Source: the human T2T-CHM13v2.0 reference genome, Homo sapiens | DNA length: 64,000 bases | Assembly (NCBI RefSeq): GCF_009914755.1 | Contig: NC_060925.1 | Strand: one strand, 5' to 3' | In this document: positions 52,222 to 64,000 of the stretch, piece by piece | Layout of the letters: every line of letters starts with the position of its first letter | Numbering within the stretch: position 1 is the stretch's first letter | Notes under the pieces: model-generated | What the model was told of the DNA's origin: nothing | Seen by the model: the letters and a program-made list of their open reading frames with translations, nothing else | Database searches by the model: none | Program-made: the position numbers and the translations under genes

Positions 52222-53500
52222 CTATTTGAATACTTTTAGCTCCTGCATTTCTATAGCATTATTTTTAGATGTGTCTCTTGTATACAGCATATGGTTGAGT
52301 TGGACAGAATTTGTCTTTTAATTGCAGCATTGAGTTTTCCTACTTTTAATGTAATAATACACGGGTGGGTTGAAATTTATTATTTTATTAATTTGCTATC
52401 TTTCTTTTAGTCCTGCTTGTTCCTTGTTCCAGTTTCTCCTCTTTTTCTCCCTTCTGTTGAATTGAGGATTTGTTGTTGTTGCTTTTAACCATTCCACTTT
52501 TTATTTGTCTATTACCTTGGAAGTTGTATATTCTTTTATTATTATTTTGGTGCTTACACTAGAGATTATAGTATGCATCTTGACTCAGGTCTTAGACCAC
52601 TTTAATGGCATTTATCACTCTCTTGACTTCTGTGTCATTGTTATGTATTTTACTTCTATACCTTTCAGATGCCCAAGACATTATTATTATTATTGCTTTA
52701 TTCAGTCATAATTCATTTTGATTAATCATATATTTATTCTTTTCTTTGTTCTTCATTTTATTTTCTTGTATTAGTTATCTTTCATCTGGGAGCACTCTCT
52801 TTTTGCCTGAAGAACATCATTCACTATTTCCTTTATTGTAGGTCTGTTGGTAACAAATTCTTTTGTTTTTTGTTTGAAGTGCTTTATTTTACTATCACTC
52901 TTAGGGATATTTCCTCTGGGCATAAAATTCTAGGCTATCTGTTATGTTCTTTCAATACTTAAAAGATATTTTATTTACTTCTGGCTTTCTTTATTTCTGT
53001 TGATAAGTTAGATAAAAATCCAATTTTTGTTTCTTTTTCACCCTTATGCTGATTTTTAGTTTTTTTTTTTTTTTCTTTGTGGTTTTAGCAGTTTTATTGT
53101 AATTGGCCTGGGTGAAGTTTTCTTTTTACATTTCCTGCTTGGGGTTTCTAGGATTCTTTGTCTTGGCTCCTTCTGAGGCCTGATATCTTTCTTCAGTTTT
53201 GGAAAGTTCTCAGGCATCATTCATCTTGTCAAATATTGCTTTTCCCCATTCAGTCTCTTCTTTTCCATTTCCATGGGCTATAGTTACATATGTGTTATAC
53301 CTCCTCACTGTATCCTGTAGTGTCTTATCCTGTATTTTCCATCCTTTTGTCTTTCTATACTTTATTCTAGTTATTTTCTTCTGGCTTCTAATTCCTGCTT
53401 CTGCTGTGTCTGTTCTTCATTTATTAAGTTATTAATTTTAGTTAATGTATTTTTAGGCCTAAAATTTTCATTCGACTCTCTCTGTTTCTGAGTTTCTCAT

Positions 53501-53971
53501 TTTTATGAGTTCCATAGGATGGCGTAGCAAATTACTAGAGACTGGGTAGCCTAGACAACAGAAATGTATTCTCTCACTGTTCAGGAGGCTGGAGGTCAAG
53601 GTATCAGCAGCCACACTCCCTCCAAAGGCTCTAGGGAAGAATCCACCCCTTGCCTCTTTTAGTTTCTAGTGGCTGTTGGCCTTCCTTTGCTTGTAGCTAT
53701 CTCTCTGTCCCTCCATTTCACATGGCCTTCTCCTCTCTGTGTCTGTCTTAAAATTTCTTCTGCCAATCTCTTATAAGAATACATGTGATTGCATTCAGGG
53801 TTCATCTTGATAATTTAAGGTAAGTCCTCCTCTCAGCACCCTTAATTCAGTCACATCTTTTTCCATATAATGTATTATTTGCTCCTTTGCTACATAAGGT
53901 AATATTCACAAGTCTCAGAGATTAAAATGTGGACATATCTTTTTTGGGGCCACCTTTTAGCCTGCTATACC
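53501..53971 (-). mobile_element. MLT1 (C/D-like) LTR
   Basis: acaacagaaatgtattctctcactgttcaggaggctggag...ctctagggaagaatcc...gtaatattcacaag...gtggacatatctttttgggg. Confidence 0.8.
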
Positions 53972-54647
53972 ATTGTACGTTGAAATTCTCAACTTTATAA
54001 TTTTCTCTTTCTATAAATAGGAAGACTTTTTACAAAAAGTCTGTTTCAGATAATTCTAGTATCTGGAGGCTTGTGGGTGGGTTTCTATTTCTGTTATTTC
54101 TGCTGGTTTTGTTTATGTCTTCTTATCTCCTTATGTGCTTGGTTATTTTTAATTGTGTGTGAGACAGTATATTCGTACAATTTTTTACAGATATAATTTG
54201 AGGTCAAGATTGAGGTTTCTCAACCCCAGAAGGGATTTACATTTGCTTCTGCAAGCACTTGGGGCATTAGAATTCTGGAAGCATCTGATTTTAGTTTCAG
54301 ATATTGAGATGGCTTGAAGATGATCCATAGACCTCTGCAAGGGCCTCTTAGTTCTCTATTCTCCCTTCCTGCTAGGACACAGCTCTTTGAGGAGCCCAGT
54401 CCAAAACAAATGATACACCTGGTCAGTTCCCCCATCCTTAGCAGGACTTAAACACAAATCTTTATTTCCTTGGCTCCTCAATATGTCGTTAGGGGAGAAA
54501 TAGGCCCAGAATGCCAGCTTCTTTTGTCCAGACTTCTTCCTTCCCTTGATCCTGGCCTGACGCTTTTTTTTTTTTTTTTAGATTTGAGGTGTTTTAAAGC
54601 ATTTAATAAATGCTTTTTCTCTCTTTTACTTATCTTCAATGGGAAGG

Positions 54648-54989
54648 TGTATTAGTCTGTTTTCACACTACTGATAAAGACATACCTGAGACTGGGCAAT
54701 TTACAAAAGAAAAAGGTTTATTGGACTTACAGTTCCACAGGGCTGGGGAGGCCTTACAATCGTGGTGGAAGGTGAAAGGCATGCCTCACCTGCGGCAGAC
54801 AAGAGAAGAGAGCTTGGGCAGGCAAAGTCCCCTTTTTAAAACCATCAGATCTTGTGAGACTTATTCACTATCATGAAAACAACACGGGAAAGACCTACCT
54901 CCATGATTCAGTTACCTCCCACTGGGTCCCTCCCACAACACGTGGGAATTCAAGATGAGATTTGGTGGGGAAACAGCCAAATCATATCA
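54648..54989 (-). mobile_element. THE1 (A/B-like) solo LTR, antisense
   Basis: tgtattagtctgttttcacactactgataaagacatacctgagactggg...cagccaaatcatatca. Confidence 0.92.
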
Positions 54990-57900
54990 AAAGTTTTATC
55001 TGGCATATCTAGTGAGTCATTATCAGAAGCAGTAGTCTCTCTGAAGCTTTTCTCATCTATCCACCTTACATTTTTATGATTAAAAATTCCAAAAATTACA
55101 GAAGTGGAGGGAATAGTCCAAATATTCCCCCATCACTCAAATGCAACTCTTATCAAGATTTTGTCACATTTGCATGGAAATATTCACAACCTGTAAGAAG
55201 AGAAAGTTTTAAAGCAAGGCAATATCTCAACTCACAGCCATCCACTTACCTCTAATGGCCAGCATCAGAGACAAAGACTTCTGCCTTGGTTACTGCTGTC
55301 CTGAGCTTCTAGCACAGGTGTGCCCCTAGATGATTTCAGTGAGCTATTGTTAAATGAATGTGAATTCACTGAAGAACCACAGACTGTGGGAGCTGGAGGA
55401 AGTCTTGGCTTGTCGTAATGAACCACAGATTACAGATGGAGATGCTGACATCCTGAGATTAGGTCACAGAGGTGCATGGGAGAGTTAGGCCAAGGTCTCA
55501 ACTCAGGGCTCTCTCCACTTTTCCACACTTCCTCCTCATTTTGCTAGCTCATTTAATTACCACTTTTTCTTCCTTTCTGATAACACTGAAGTTTAAGAGC
55601 ATTTCATTACAAGTGTGATGATACAATGTGGTATTAAGACATGACAAGGCAAGTTTTATTGGCCATTACTATTTGCCTCAAGTGAGTGGCAAAGCCTTTG
55701 ACCACTCGAGGCATATATTAATAGCCCTATAAAATACATCCTGGATTGCTAGTGCTATTACCGTCTGGCTATTACATTTAAAAAAATATTGTACAAATAC
55801 CACTTCAAATAATTTTCTTACTCTTTTTTTTAAACTGGAACGATTAGCTTTTTTTATGAGAGACAATTCTTCACATGATGGAGAAAATAGAATTGTCAGG
55901 TAACATGGAAAGAGTATAAGCTTTGGAGTCGTACCAAACTGTGTGCAGGTATTTGCTCTGCTATTTATCATCACTGTGACATTAGGCACTTTTCTTAAAC
56001 TCTCTGGGTCTATTTTCTTCTCTGTCAAATGACAACAAGAATGCTTGTCTTTTAGAATTCATATGTATATGAAAACACCTGGCATAGGGCCTTGAACATA
56101 ATGAGTGGTCAATAAATCTTATATTTTTGTTGTTGTTATTATTGTCATGATAATGAAATCCAATGGGAAATTTTTTCTTTTAATTAGTTGATTTATTTGT
56201 AAGACTAAAAATGTTGTTGTTATAACAGATCCTTGTCTTGCAGGGCAGTCTTTCTTTGTTTCCTCTCTAGCCCTCATCCCTTGGAAAAATGAGCTGAACC
56301 ATGTTGGTTGGTGCAAGAGGGGCTGACAGAAGAGAGTTTTGATAAATCCACAAGATAACTTTGGAAACTCTTTGCCATTTTCCCTCCTACTCAATGCTGC
56401 TGGGACTTTGAGCTCGCTGAGGCAGTCTAAGGCTGTGCTTTGACTTCAGTGCTGTGCCTTGTGCTTGGGATAATTGTGTTTTCCATTTGATGGCCCCCAA
56501 TGCTTTGTGTAGGAATTGGATGGTGCACCCATGCTCCTCAAATGCTGAAGCAGTCATGTCACTTGGTGGGGTGAGGTGGATCATCAGCAACAACATACTT
56601 TTCTTTTCTTTTTGAATTAAGCACACGGAAAAATCCATAATCTAAACATGAGGGACATTAAGTTTTGGATGGAAGAGAGTGAATTTTGCAACAATAACAA
56701 CTAAAAACCCAGGACACAGAACAATTATTGAAAACAACTTGCTGAAGTATATAAATAAATAAAAGTGTCATTTCTGAAGTATCTTTCCTTCCCTAGGCTC
56801 ACTGCCATTGTCATGGGAAAAGTGTGCATGGCAGCATTTACTCTGAGGTAATAACATGGATACATTTCCCGTTGCTCAAGACTTGTACATAGAGTCTGAA
56901 GACAAATTCTTCCTATCTTGCTGAGAAATTAACTTCTATTTTTCCATTCCTGTGAGCCAGAAGGGTAATTACCACATGCTGTTCAGTCATGAGTTTATGG
57001 AAAGAAACACAGGCTTCATTCAGGGTCTTCACCAACTGGGTGGGGTTGGGTTGGTCATGGAGAGAACTTACATTGTGGGTTTACAGCTGTACTGCAAACA
57101 TTTCTTCAAGTCTGGAGCAAACTCAGCCCCTCTTTCCTGACTAACTTCTTCCCTGCCTAATCCAATGAAGACAATGGTTGATGAGAATAATAGCAGTTAT
57201 TGCATATTAAGTATTAATCAGACATGTTATTCTTTAAACACACTTTTGCTTTTTTTTTTTTTTTTTATAATAATCAGGCATCCAATGAGATCTGTCCTCT
57301 TTTTATCCTCATTTCACTGAGAAGGAATGGTGGCTCTGAAGAGTTAAATAACTTGCCTAAGCTCACAATTTTAGAAGGTATGGCCAAGACTCAAACCCAG
57401 ATTGGTCTGATTGTCAAAGTTGTGTTCTATTCTTAACCAATTTTCTACTTTCTTTGGTACCATGATTATCTCCTTGCCTTATAAATATTCTTGTATGTGG
57501 TATTATCTTTGTCTTATTATTCATAGTACACAGGGGCTTTTTTTCTTCCTACTTGCATTTCCAGTTCCTTCCTTATTAATCAGTGTGAGCTTTTTGCGAT
57601 TGAGCCCTCTTTTCTCTTGCCCCACCCGCCAGCCCACCTCCTGTTCAAATACAGCCCTGCGGGTGAACACTATGGGCGACCCATGTGTGTGGGCTCATAG
57701 GAAGATGCAATGTGGAGAAGAATGGAAGCTTCTATGGCAGATCTACATTCTTTTTTCTGTCCTCTCCCTCTCTCTACACCCAATGTACTTTATTTTTTGG
57801 CCCATTTTTGCTCCTATATGCCCTTTCATCATCCTCAGAACCTGTACCCTTGGCATTTTGTCGGTAGACATTTATATTTCCTGGCATTGAGGCTATAGAT

Positions 57901-58811
57901 CTCTAATACTTGAATTGATTTTCAAAATTAGGGAAAAGAGCTGCGATTTTAGCTATATATTTGGGCTGTTTGAGTTGAAAATGATGAAGAGTAAAGTAAT
58001 GTTTGCTGTAAGAGGTGGGAGGCAGGACTGTGACACGGTCAGCTGACTCTTAGATGTGTAATAATGGTCTGGCACCACCAGTCTCTCACTGTCTTCTTGA
58101 AATCACCTCTAAAGAAGAGTTTGATCTGGAAGGTCAAGCCTAGCAGTGAGCTGAAGCTGTTCTCCCTGAGTGCATTTATTCATTTATTCACAAAGCAGTT
58201 ACTGGTCTATGTGCCTCAAGATTCCTAAATCTCATTGAGCCACCAACCCTTTTATTGAAAGCTACAGGCTCTTTTTTTCACAAAAATTCACAGAATACAT
58301 AACATGGTTTTGCATGCAATTTGAAGGGATTCACAGATCCTTTGAAGCCCATCTGAGGACTGCCAGCCAGGACCCCTAGCTTGGTGCACTACCTTTCTTG
58401 TTTAATCACATTCTAATCTCCAAATCAAGGCCTCTTCCATTGTGAATAGAGATAGAAACTCAGCTCAGATTCTTTGATGGAACTGTGTTCAGCCAAGTTG
58501 TGTTTGCTCATCACTGAAGCTTTAAGAGATGGTTAAAGAAACAAGGTAACTGTGTGGAATTACTTATGATCACAAAGGCATCTGTAGCAAAGGATCAGTC
58601 TTTACAGGAGTTGTCTTCTGAGCCTGGGTATGAAGGGTCTCTAAACTATTTTATGGGAAATTTAAATCCCTCGATCGAAACAAATTATCATAGGAGGGAA
58701 GAAAAAGTAAATCTCATTAATGGTTAGGTGTAGTGGGTTAAGTATTTGCAAAAGTCTTGGTCATTTTGAAAATGGTAATACCAGTGCAATGAGTTCTGAA
58801 ATCTGTAGACA

Positions 58812-58813
<2 letters not shown>

Positions 58814-58843
<30 letters not shown>
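58814..58843. repeat. (GT)15 microsatellite
   Basis: Perfect run. Confidence 0.95.
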
Positions 58844-58845
<2 letters not shown>

Positions 58846-61375
58846 CTGAAGAAAATAAAAATTTTCACATCTAAAATAAAGGCTCAGTTTCCTTTGGGGT
58901 GCCTTAGTTCACAGCAGTATGACAGCTAACCAGAAAGCTGCCATACTGTGATTCTGTTTTTATATTATTTAATTAGATGATTTAAAGATTCTCTAAAAAT
59001 TCTGGTGCAGCCTTTGTGTTCCTGGGAGGAATCTTACATAACTTGGAGTCCTAGAATAGAGGAAGAGAACAGTGGTACCCAGGCCTCGTTTGCTGTTATG
59101 GTTTATGTCGCAGACTTGCTAGGTATGACTTCCAACAACACAAACAGAAGGTGACAGGTTACAAAAGAGTAGATAAAATTTTTTGCTGACTTTTCTCCTG
59201 GCTACACTCTCCCTACTTCCTCCCCATTAAGAGTAATGGGAGAGTTCCTGAACTAAAGTTGCATTGTGTTTCCATGCAGAAAACCAAAGACTCCCCGTAA
59301 GCTGAGCTGAGGTAGGCAGGGCATGAAACCGAAGGGCTGCAGGTTTGTCATTTGTTGTTAAGAGCTGTGGCATATTTGGCCAAAGGGGCTCATTGTCTAC
59401 AGCCTTCTGTAAGTTATTCTGCAATATTCCATTCAAAGGAAAAGCAGCCAAGTTCTGTTTCCACCTTTCTAAAGGCTTTGGTGGTTCCTGTCCATTGGGT
59501 GTGTGTCCTGCCCTTTGCCTCACTGTCTCAATAAAGCATGTGAAGACCAGCTTCCTCTCCGGTCTGGCGGATCTGTTCTCAGGCTGAGCAGAGAGTGGCA
59601 AAGGCTGCATCTGCGTTGCTTGCTCCTGGCATTGCCTGCCTGCCAGGGCACCACACAAGAGCTCGGGCTTACAGGCACACTTTGGGTGAAGTCATTCTTC
59701 CCTGAAAACTGAGATGGGAAATTTATCCTGACATGTCAGAACTGATGAAGAAGGCTAAGCAATGGCTACCTGAGCATTAGTCTTGGGAGTGTGTTCTTTC
59801 AAGCACAGGTTTAGGTTTGCCCTTCTATTGTTTCTTCTACTAACACATTATGAAGGTAGATTTCCACTGGAAAAAAAAGACCAGAATTTGAAAATGTAAT
59901 AGAGTGCATATTCATTATTAAGATTATAAGAAAGCCTTTGAGAGGATCAGGCAGTGAGCTGAGAATTATCACTGAAGTTTAATTTGTTTATTGGATATCT
60001 GGATGGAAACCAGCAGGACTGGCCATGCCCTGTTCCTCTTTCACAGCCCTGCTTCTGCCCAAAGGGCTCATTCAAATTCTTTTTCATTCTTTCAGCCCTC
60101 CACATATGTGGAGAACTCTCATATTTTCCACATTCCTTTCTTCTTTGGAATCCTGCTCTAAGGAAAGAAATAGGTCTTGGTCACCTATACCTTTTACACC
60201 TTACTGTGAATGTCAGGATAGTGTATAACCTGGATATTGATACTCCTGGGGCATTTGAGTGTTATCGTTTACTGTGAGTTAGAAGACTTTGACTTCTTTA
60301 AAAAGGAAGTAGAAGCCATGCTTAAATGCTTTCAAAAACAAACCTGCACAGTTTGTGCTTTGCCCTATTTTTGAATCATTTGTATTAATGCTGTGACATT
60401 GTGAGCACAGTGTGTGTGAGTCTTGGGAGAAGTGAGGACCTGCAAAGTTCTGGCTTGCCACTAACCTGCACTGTGGCTTTGGGAGTGTCAGCTCCCTGCA
60501 TCACTATAAAATGAGTAGGTTGTATTAGGTGATCACCAGAGGCCCTGCTAGACCTGACAGTCCAAGGATAAAGTTGAGTGCTAAAGGAGCAGGCTGTGTA
60601 GACAGATTGCAAGTGTCCACCAGTGGATGGTCTTGGCACAACAAGGCTGCCTCCTCATGGTCTTTGGTCCCAACAAGTTCAATATAAAATGGAGGAAATG
60701 TTATAATTTTAAGCACTGATACCAGGGTTTCCTTAGGGGGAGAATTGCCTTTGTGTGGGAAAATACCGTGATAAGACATTTGGAGTAGATTGTGAAACAC
60801 TGAAGACATTAGTGTCTGGGAACCTAAGCCAAAAAAGAGATGATTAATCTTTTGTACACAAGAAAGTAAAAGGAATTTGTGCTTTGTTCAGCCTTATGCA
60901 GAGGTAGAAAAGAAAATAGAGGAGAAGAGACAAGAGAGGAAAGAGAGAGAAAATCTGGAAAGATGGCAGAAGACTGGATGCTGTGTGTCCTAAAAGCCTT
61001 AGTAAGAAAGGCTTAGAGATATTAGGAACTGTAATGTCTAATGTGAGATATTAATTTAGTTTACTGTGTGTTTTGCTCTCTAGTTTCTGTGACTTACCAA
61101 TCTCTAATAACTCAAAAATGGTTTTTGAGTGAATTATTTTGTGAAGACTAGGGAAGGCAATGAGGATTTTTTTTTGCCTAGATTAATTGGAAACAGCTTG
61201 TATGGAAATAAAATATTACAGGCAGAGGTGACTAGAAAACATAGCCCCACCCAGAAAACTGTAGACGTCTTAGTGAGAGGTTTGCATCTCCACTGGACAT
61301 GCAGTTTGGAGGTCTCTAGCCAATGTCGTCTAGATCTTCCAGGGCTGGTCAGGTGGGAGGTTCCCAAATGACATT

Positions 61376-63315
61376 TTTTTTTTTCATAATAAAATAATTT
61401 TATTGATCATTCTTGGGTGTTTCTCGCAGAGGGGGATTTGGCAGGGTCACAGGACAATAGTGGAGGGAAGGTCAGCAGATAAACAAGTGAACAAAGGTCT
61501 CTGGTTTTCCTAGGCAGAGGACCCTGCGGCCTTCCGCAGTGTTTGTGTCCCTGGGTACTTGAGATTAGGGAGTGGTGATGACTCTTAACGAGCATGCTGC
61601 CTTCAAGCATCTGTTTAACAAAGCACATCTTGCACCACCCTTAATCCATTCAACCCTGAGTGGACACAGCACATGTTTCAGAGAGCACAGGGTTGGGGGT
61701 AAGGTCACAGATCAACAGGATCCCAAGGCAGAAGAATTTTTCTTAGTACAGAACAAAATGAAAAGTCTCCCATGTCTACCTCTTTCTACACAGACACGGC
61801 AACCATCTGATTTCTCAATCTTTTCCCCACCTTTCCCCCCTTTCTATTCCACAAAACCGCCGTTGTCATCATGGCCCCTTCTCAATGAGCTGTTGAGTAC
61901 ACCTCCCAGACGGGGTGGTGGCCGGGCAGAGGGGCTCCTCACTTCCCAGTAGGGGCGGCCGGGCAGAGGCGCCCCTCACCTCCCGGATGGGGAGGCTGGC
62001 CGGGCTGGGGGCTGACCCCCCCACCTCCCTCCCGGACGGGGCGGCTGGCCGGGCGGGGGGCTGACACTCCCACCTCCCTCCCGGACGGGGCGGCTGGCCG
62101 GGCAGAGGGGCTCCTCTCTTCCCAGTAGGGGCGGCCGGGCAGAGGCGCCCCTCACCTCCCGGAAGGGGCGGCTGGCCGGGCGGGGGGCTGACCCCCCCAC
62201 CTCCTTCCTGGACAGGGCGGCTGGCCGGGCAGAGGGGCTCCTCACTTCCCAGTAGGGGCGGCCGGGCAGAGGCGCCCCTCACCTCCCGGACGGGGCAGCT
62301 GGCCGGGCGGGGGGCTGACCCCCCCACCTCCTTCCCGGACTGGGCGGCTGGCCGGGCGGGGGGCTAACCCCCCGACCTCCCTTCCGGACGGGGCGGCTGG
62401 CCGGGCGGGGGGCTAACCTCCCCACCTCCCTTCCAGATGGGGCGGCTGGCCGGGCGGGGTATTGACCCCCACCTCCCTCCCGGACGGGGTGGCTGCCGGG
62501 CGGAGACGCTCCTCACTTCCCAGACGGTGTGGCTGCCGCGCGGAGGGGCTCCTCACTTCTCAGACGGGGCGGTTGCTGGGCGGAGGGGCTCCTCACTTCT
62601 CAGATGGGGCGGTTGCCAGGCAGAGGGTCTCCTCACTTCTCAGACGGGGCGGCCGGGCAGAGACGCTCCTCACATCCCAGACGGGGCGGCAGGGCAGAGG
62701 CGCTCCCCACATCTCAGACGATGGGCGGCCGGGCAGAGATGCTCCTCACTTCCTAGATGGGTTGATGGCGGGGCAGAGACGCTCCTCACTTTCCAGACTG
62801 GGCAGCCAGGCAGAGAGGCTCCTCACATCCCACACGATGGGCGGCCAGGCAGAGATGCTCCTCACTTCCCAGACGGGGTGGCGGCCGGGCAGAGGCTGCA
62901 ATCTCGGCACTTTGGGGGGCCAAGGCAGGCAGCTGGGAGGTAGAGGTTGTAGCGAGCCGAGATCACGCCACTGCACTCCAGCCTGGGCACCATTGAGCAC
63001 TGAGTGAACACAACTCCGTCTGCCATCCCGGCACCTCGGGAGGCCGAGGCTGGCGGATCACTCGCGGTTAGGAGCTGGAGACCAGCCCGGCCAACACAGC
63101 GAAACCCCGTCTCCACCAAAAAAAATACGAAAACCAGTCAGGCGTGGCGGCGCGCGCCTGCAATCGCAGGCACTCGGCAGGCTGAGGCAGGAGAATCAGG
63201 CAGGGAGGTTGCAGTGAGCCGAGATGGCAGCAGTACAGTCCAGCTTCCGCTCGGCATCAGAGGGAGACCGTGGGGAGACGGGAGAGGGAGGGGGAGGGGG
63301 AGGGGGAGGGGGAGG
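61376..63315 (-). mobile_element. Full-length SVA (D/E/F-like), antisense in intron 1: poly(A), SINE-R (~61400-61895), VNTR (~61895-62890), Alu-like domain (~62890-63270), hexamer head (63280-63315)
   Basis: All four SVA domains are visible; TSD ccaaatg(a/g)catt at 61364-61375 and 63316-63327. Confidence 0.97.
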
Positions 63316-63776
63316 CCAAATGGCATTGTTATGGGGTCTTATCTGCAAACGCAGAACTCCATTATGTTTTAATGATGGATGAGCCATTTTTACAAATTTG
63401 CAAGATTCTAGAAGAAAGAACAATCTGGAATGTGTTCTTACATACTTTTTTTTGGTTTATTTTGTTTTTCTGTTTTTTTTTTTCCAAGATGGACACTCAG
63501 TGTGAATGTTCTTATGTACTGTTGATTGTACCTCTAAGATGATGTAATGACCTCATCTCATCTAGCTGTCAACAATGGCCCCCTTTTGGCCAGAGGTTAT
63601 TTGACTGCTTCAGAGAGATCTGGAAAACACAATTTCTTAGTTTTATCTGTGGCCAATTGTACCTCTGTAATGGCTGTTTTGTCCACCATTGTTTTCTGGG
63701 ATTTCTGAGGAAAATTCTGAGACAAGTAACTCCTTTGTTTGTGGAAGTTAGTTTTGGAAATTACAAATGAAGTATC

Positions 63777-64000
63777 TTTTTTTTTTTGAGATGGAGTTTC
63801 GCTCTTGTCACCCAGCTGGAGTGCAATGGCATGATCTTGGCTCACTGCAACCCCACCTCCCGGGTTCAAGCAATTCTCCTGCCTCAACCTCCTGAGTAGC
63901 TGGGATTACAGGCGCCTGCCACCACGCCCGGCTAATTTTTTTTTTTTTTTTTTTTTTGGTATTTTTAGTAGAGACGGAGTCTCGCCATGTTGGCCAGGCT
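63777..64000 (-). mobile_element. AluS (Sq/Sp-like), antisense, cut by the window end; long T-run in the middle linker
   Basis: Poly-T then gagatggagtttcgctcttgtcaccc...gggattacaggcgcctgccaccacgcccggctaa. Confidence 0.93.

Noticed and set aside
57411-57890. 159-aa hydrophobic plus-strand ORF
   Set aside because: It starts at a non-ATG codon, is driven by T-rich intronic composition, and has no recognisable homology.
59227-59712. 143-aa ORF and overlapping ORFs in unique sequence
   Set aside because: No sialylmotif and no match to ST6GALNAC3 exon 2; no convincing exon boundaries. It may be regulatory, but I lack specific evidence.
60530-60635. Partial CTCF-like motifs (caccagaggccc; ccaccagtggatgg)
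   Set aside because: Each misses key core positions and is too weak without a PWM scan.
61895-62890. Regularly spaced 35-50 bp repeats resembling an array
   Set aside because: This is the SVA VNTR with no unique spacers; it is not a CRISPR array.
61572-63423. Cluster of long ORFs and a second CpG-island-like region
   Set aside because: Entirely explained by the SVA SINE-R, VNTR and Alu-like domains.

Overview
Primate, most likely human, genomic DNA that is AT-rich and dominated by repeats. The only protein-coding sequence I can support is the first coding exon of ST6GALNAC3 (sialyltransferase 7C). It is on the + strand inside a CpG-island promoter (~24.44-25.22 kb): ATG at 24821 in a strong Kozak context, 6 codons (MACILK), then a GTAACG donor at 24839. 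Everything after 24839 is the start of a very long intron 1, and I found no exon 2 in the window. Bases 1-24.4 kb are upstream intergenic sequence. The rest is a nested record of L1, Alu, MIR, DNA transposons (MER58, MER30, Tigger3, MER91/45-like), solo LTRs (MER4, MER34, THE1, MLT1) and one full-length antisense SVA (61.4-63.3 kb). Almost all ORFs in the six-frame track are repeat-derived or chance. I found no convincing novel multi-gene system. The best leads are regulatory or RNA-level: a 20-codon uORF, a CArG box at the inferred TSS, a weak first donor with a 130-aa read-through ORF, recursive-splice-like AG|GT sites, an SVA/Alu inverted pair in the pre-mRNA, a THE1 LTR with a canonical poly(A) signal, a perfect 15-bp-arm inverted repeat, and an unidentified poly(A)-tailed structured insertion inside an old L1. 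Gene and repeat subfamily names come from my recall of consensus sequences and need BLAT/RepeatMasker confirmation.
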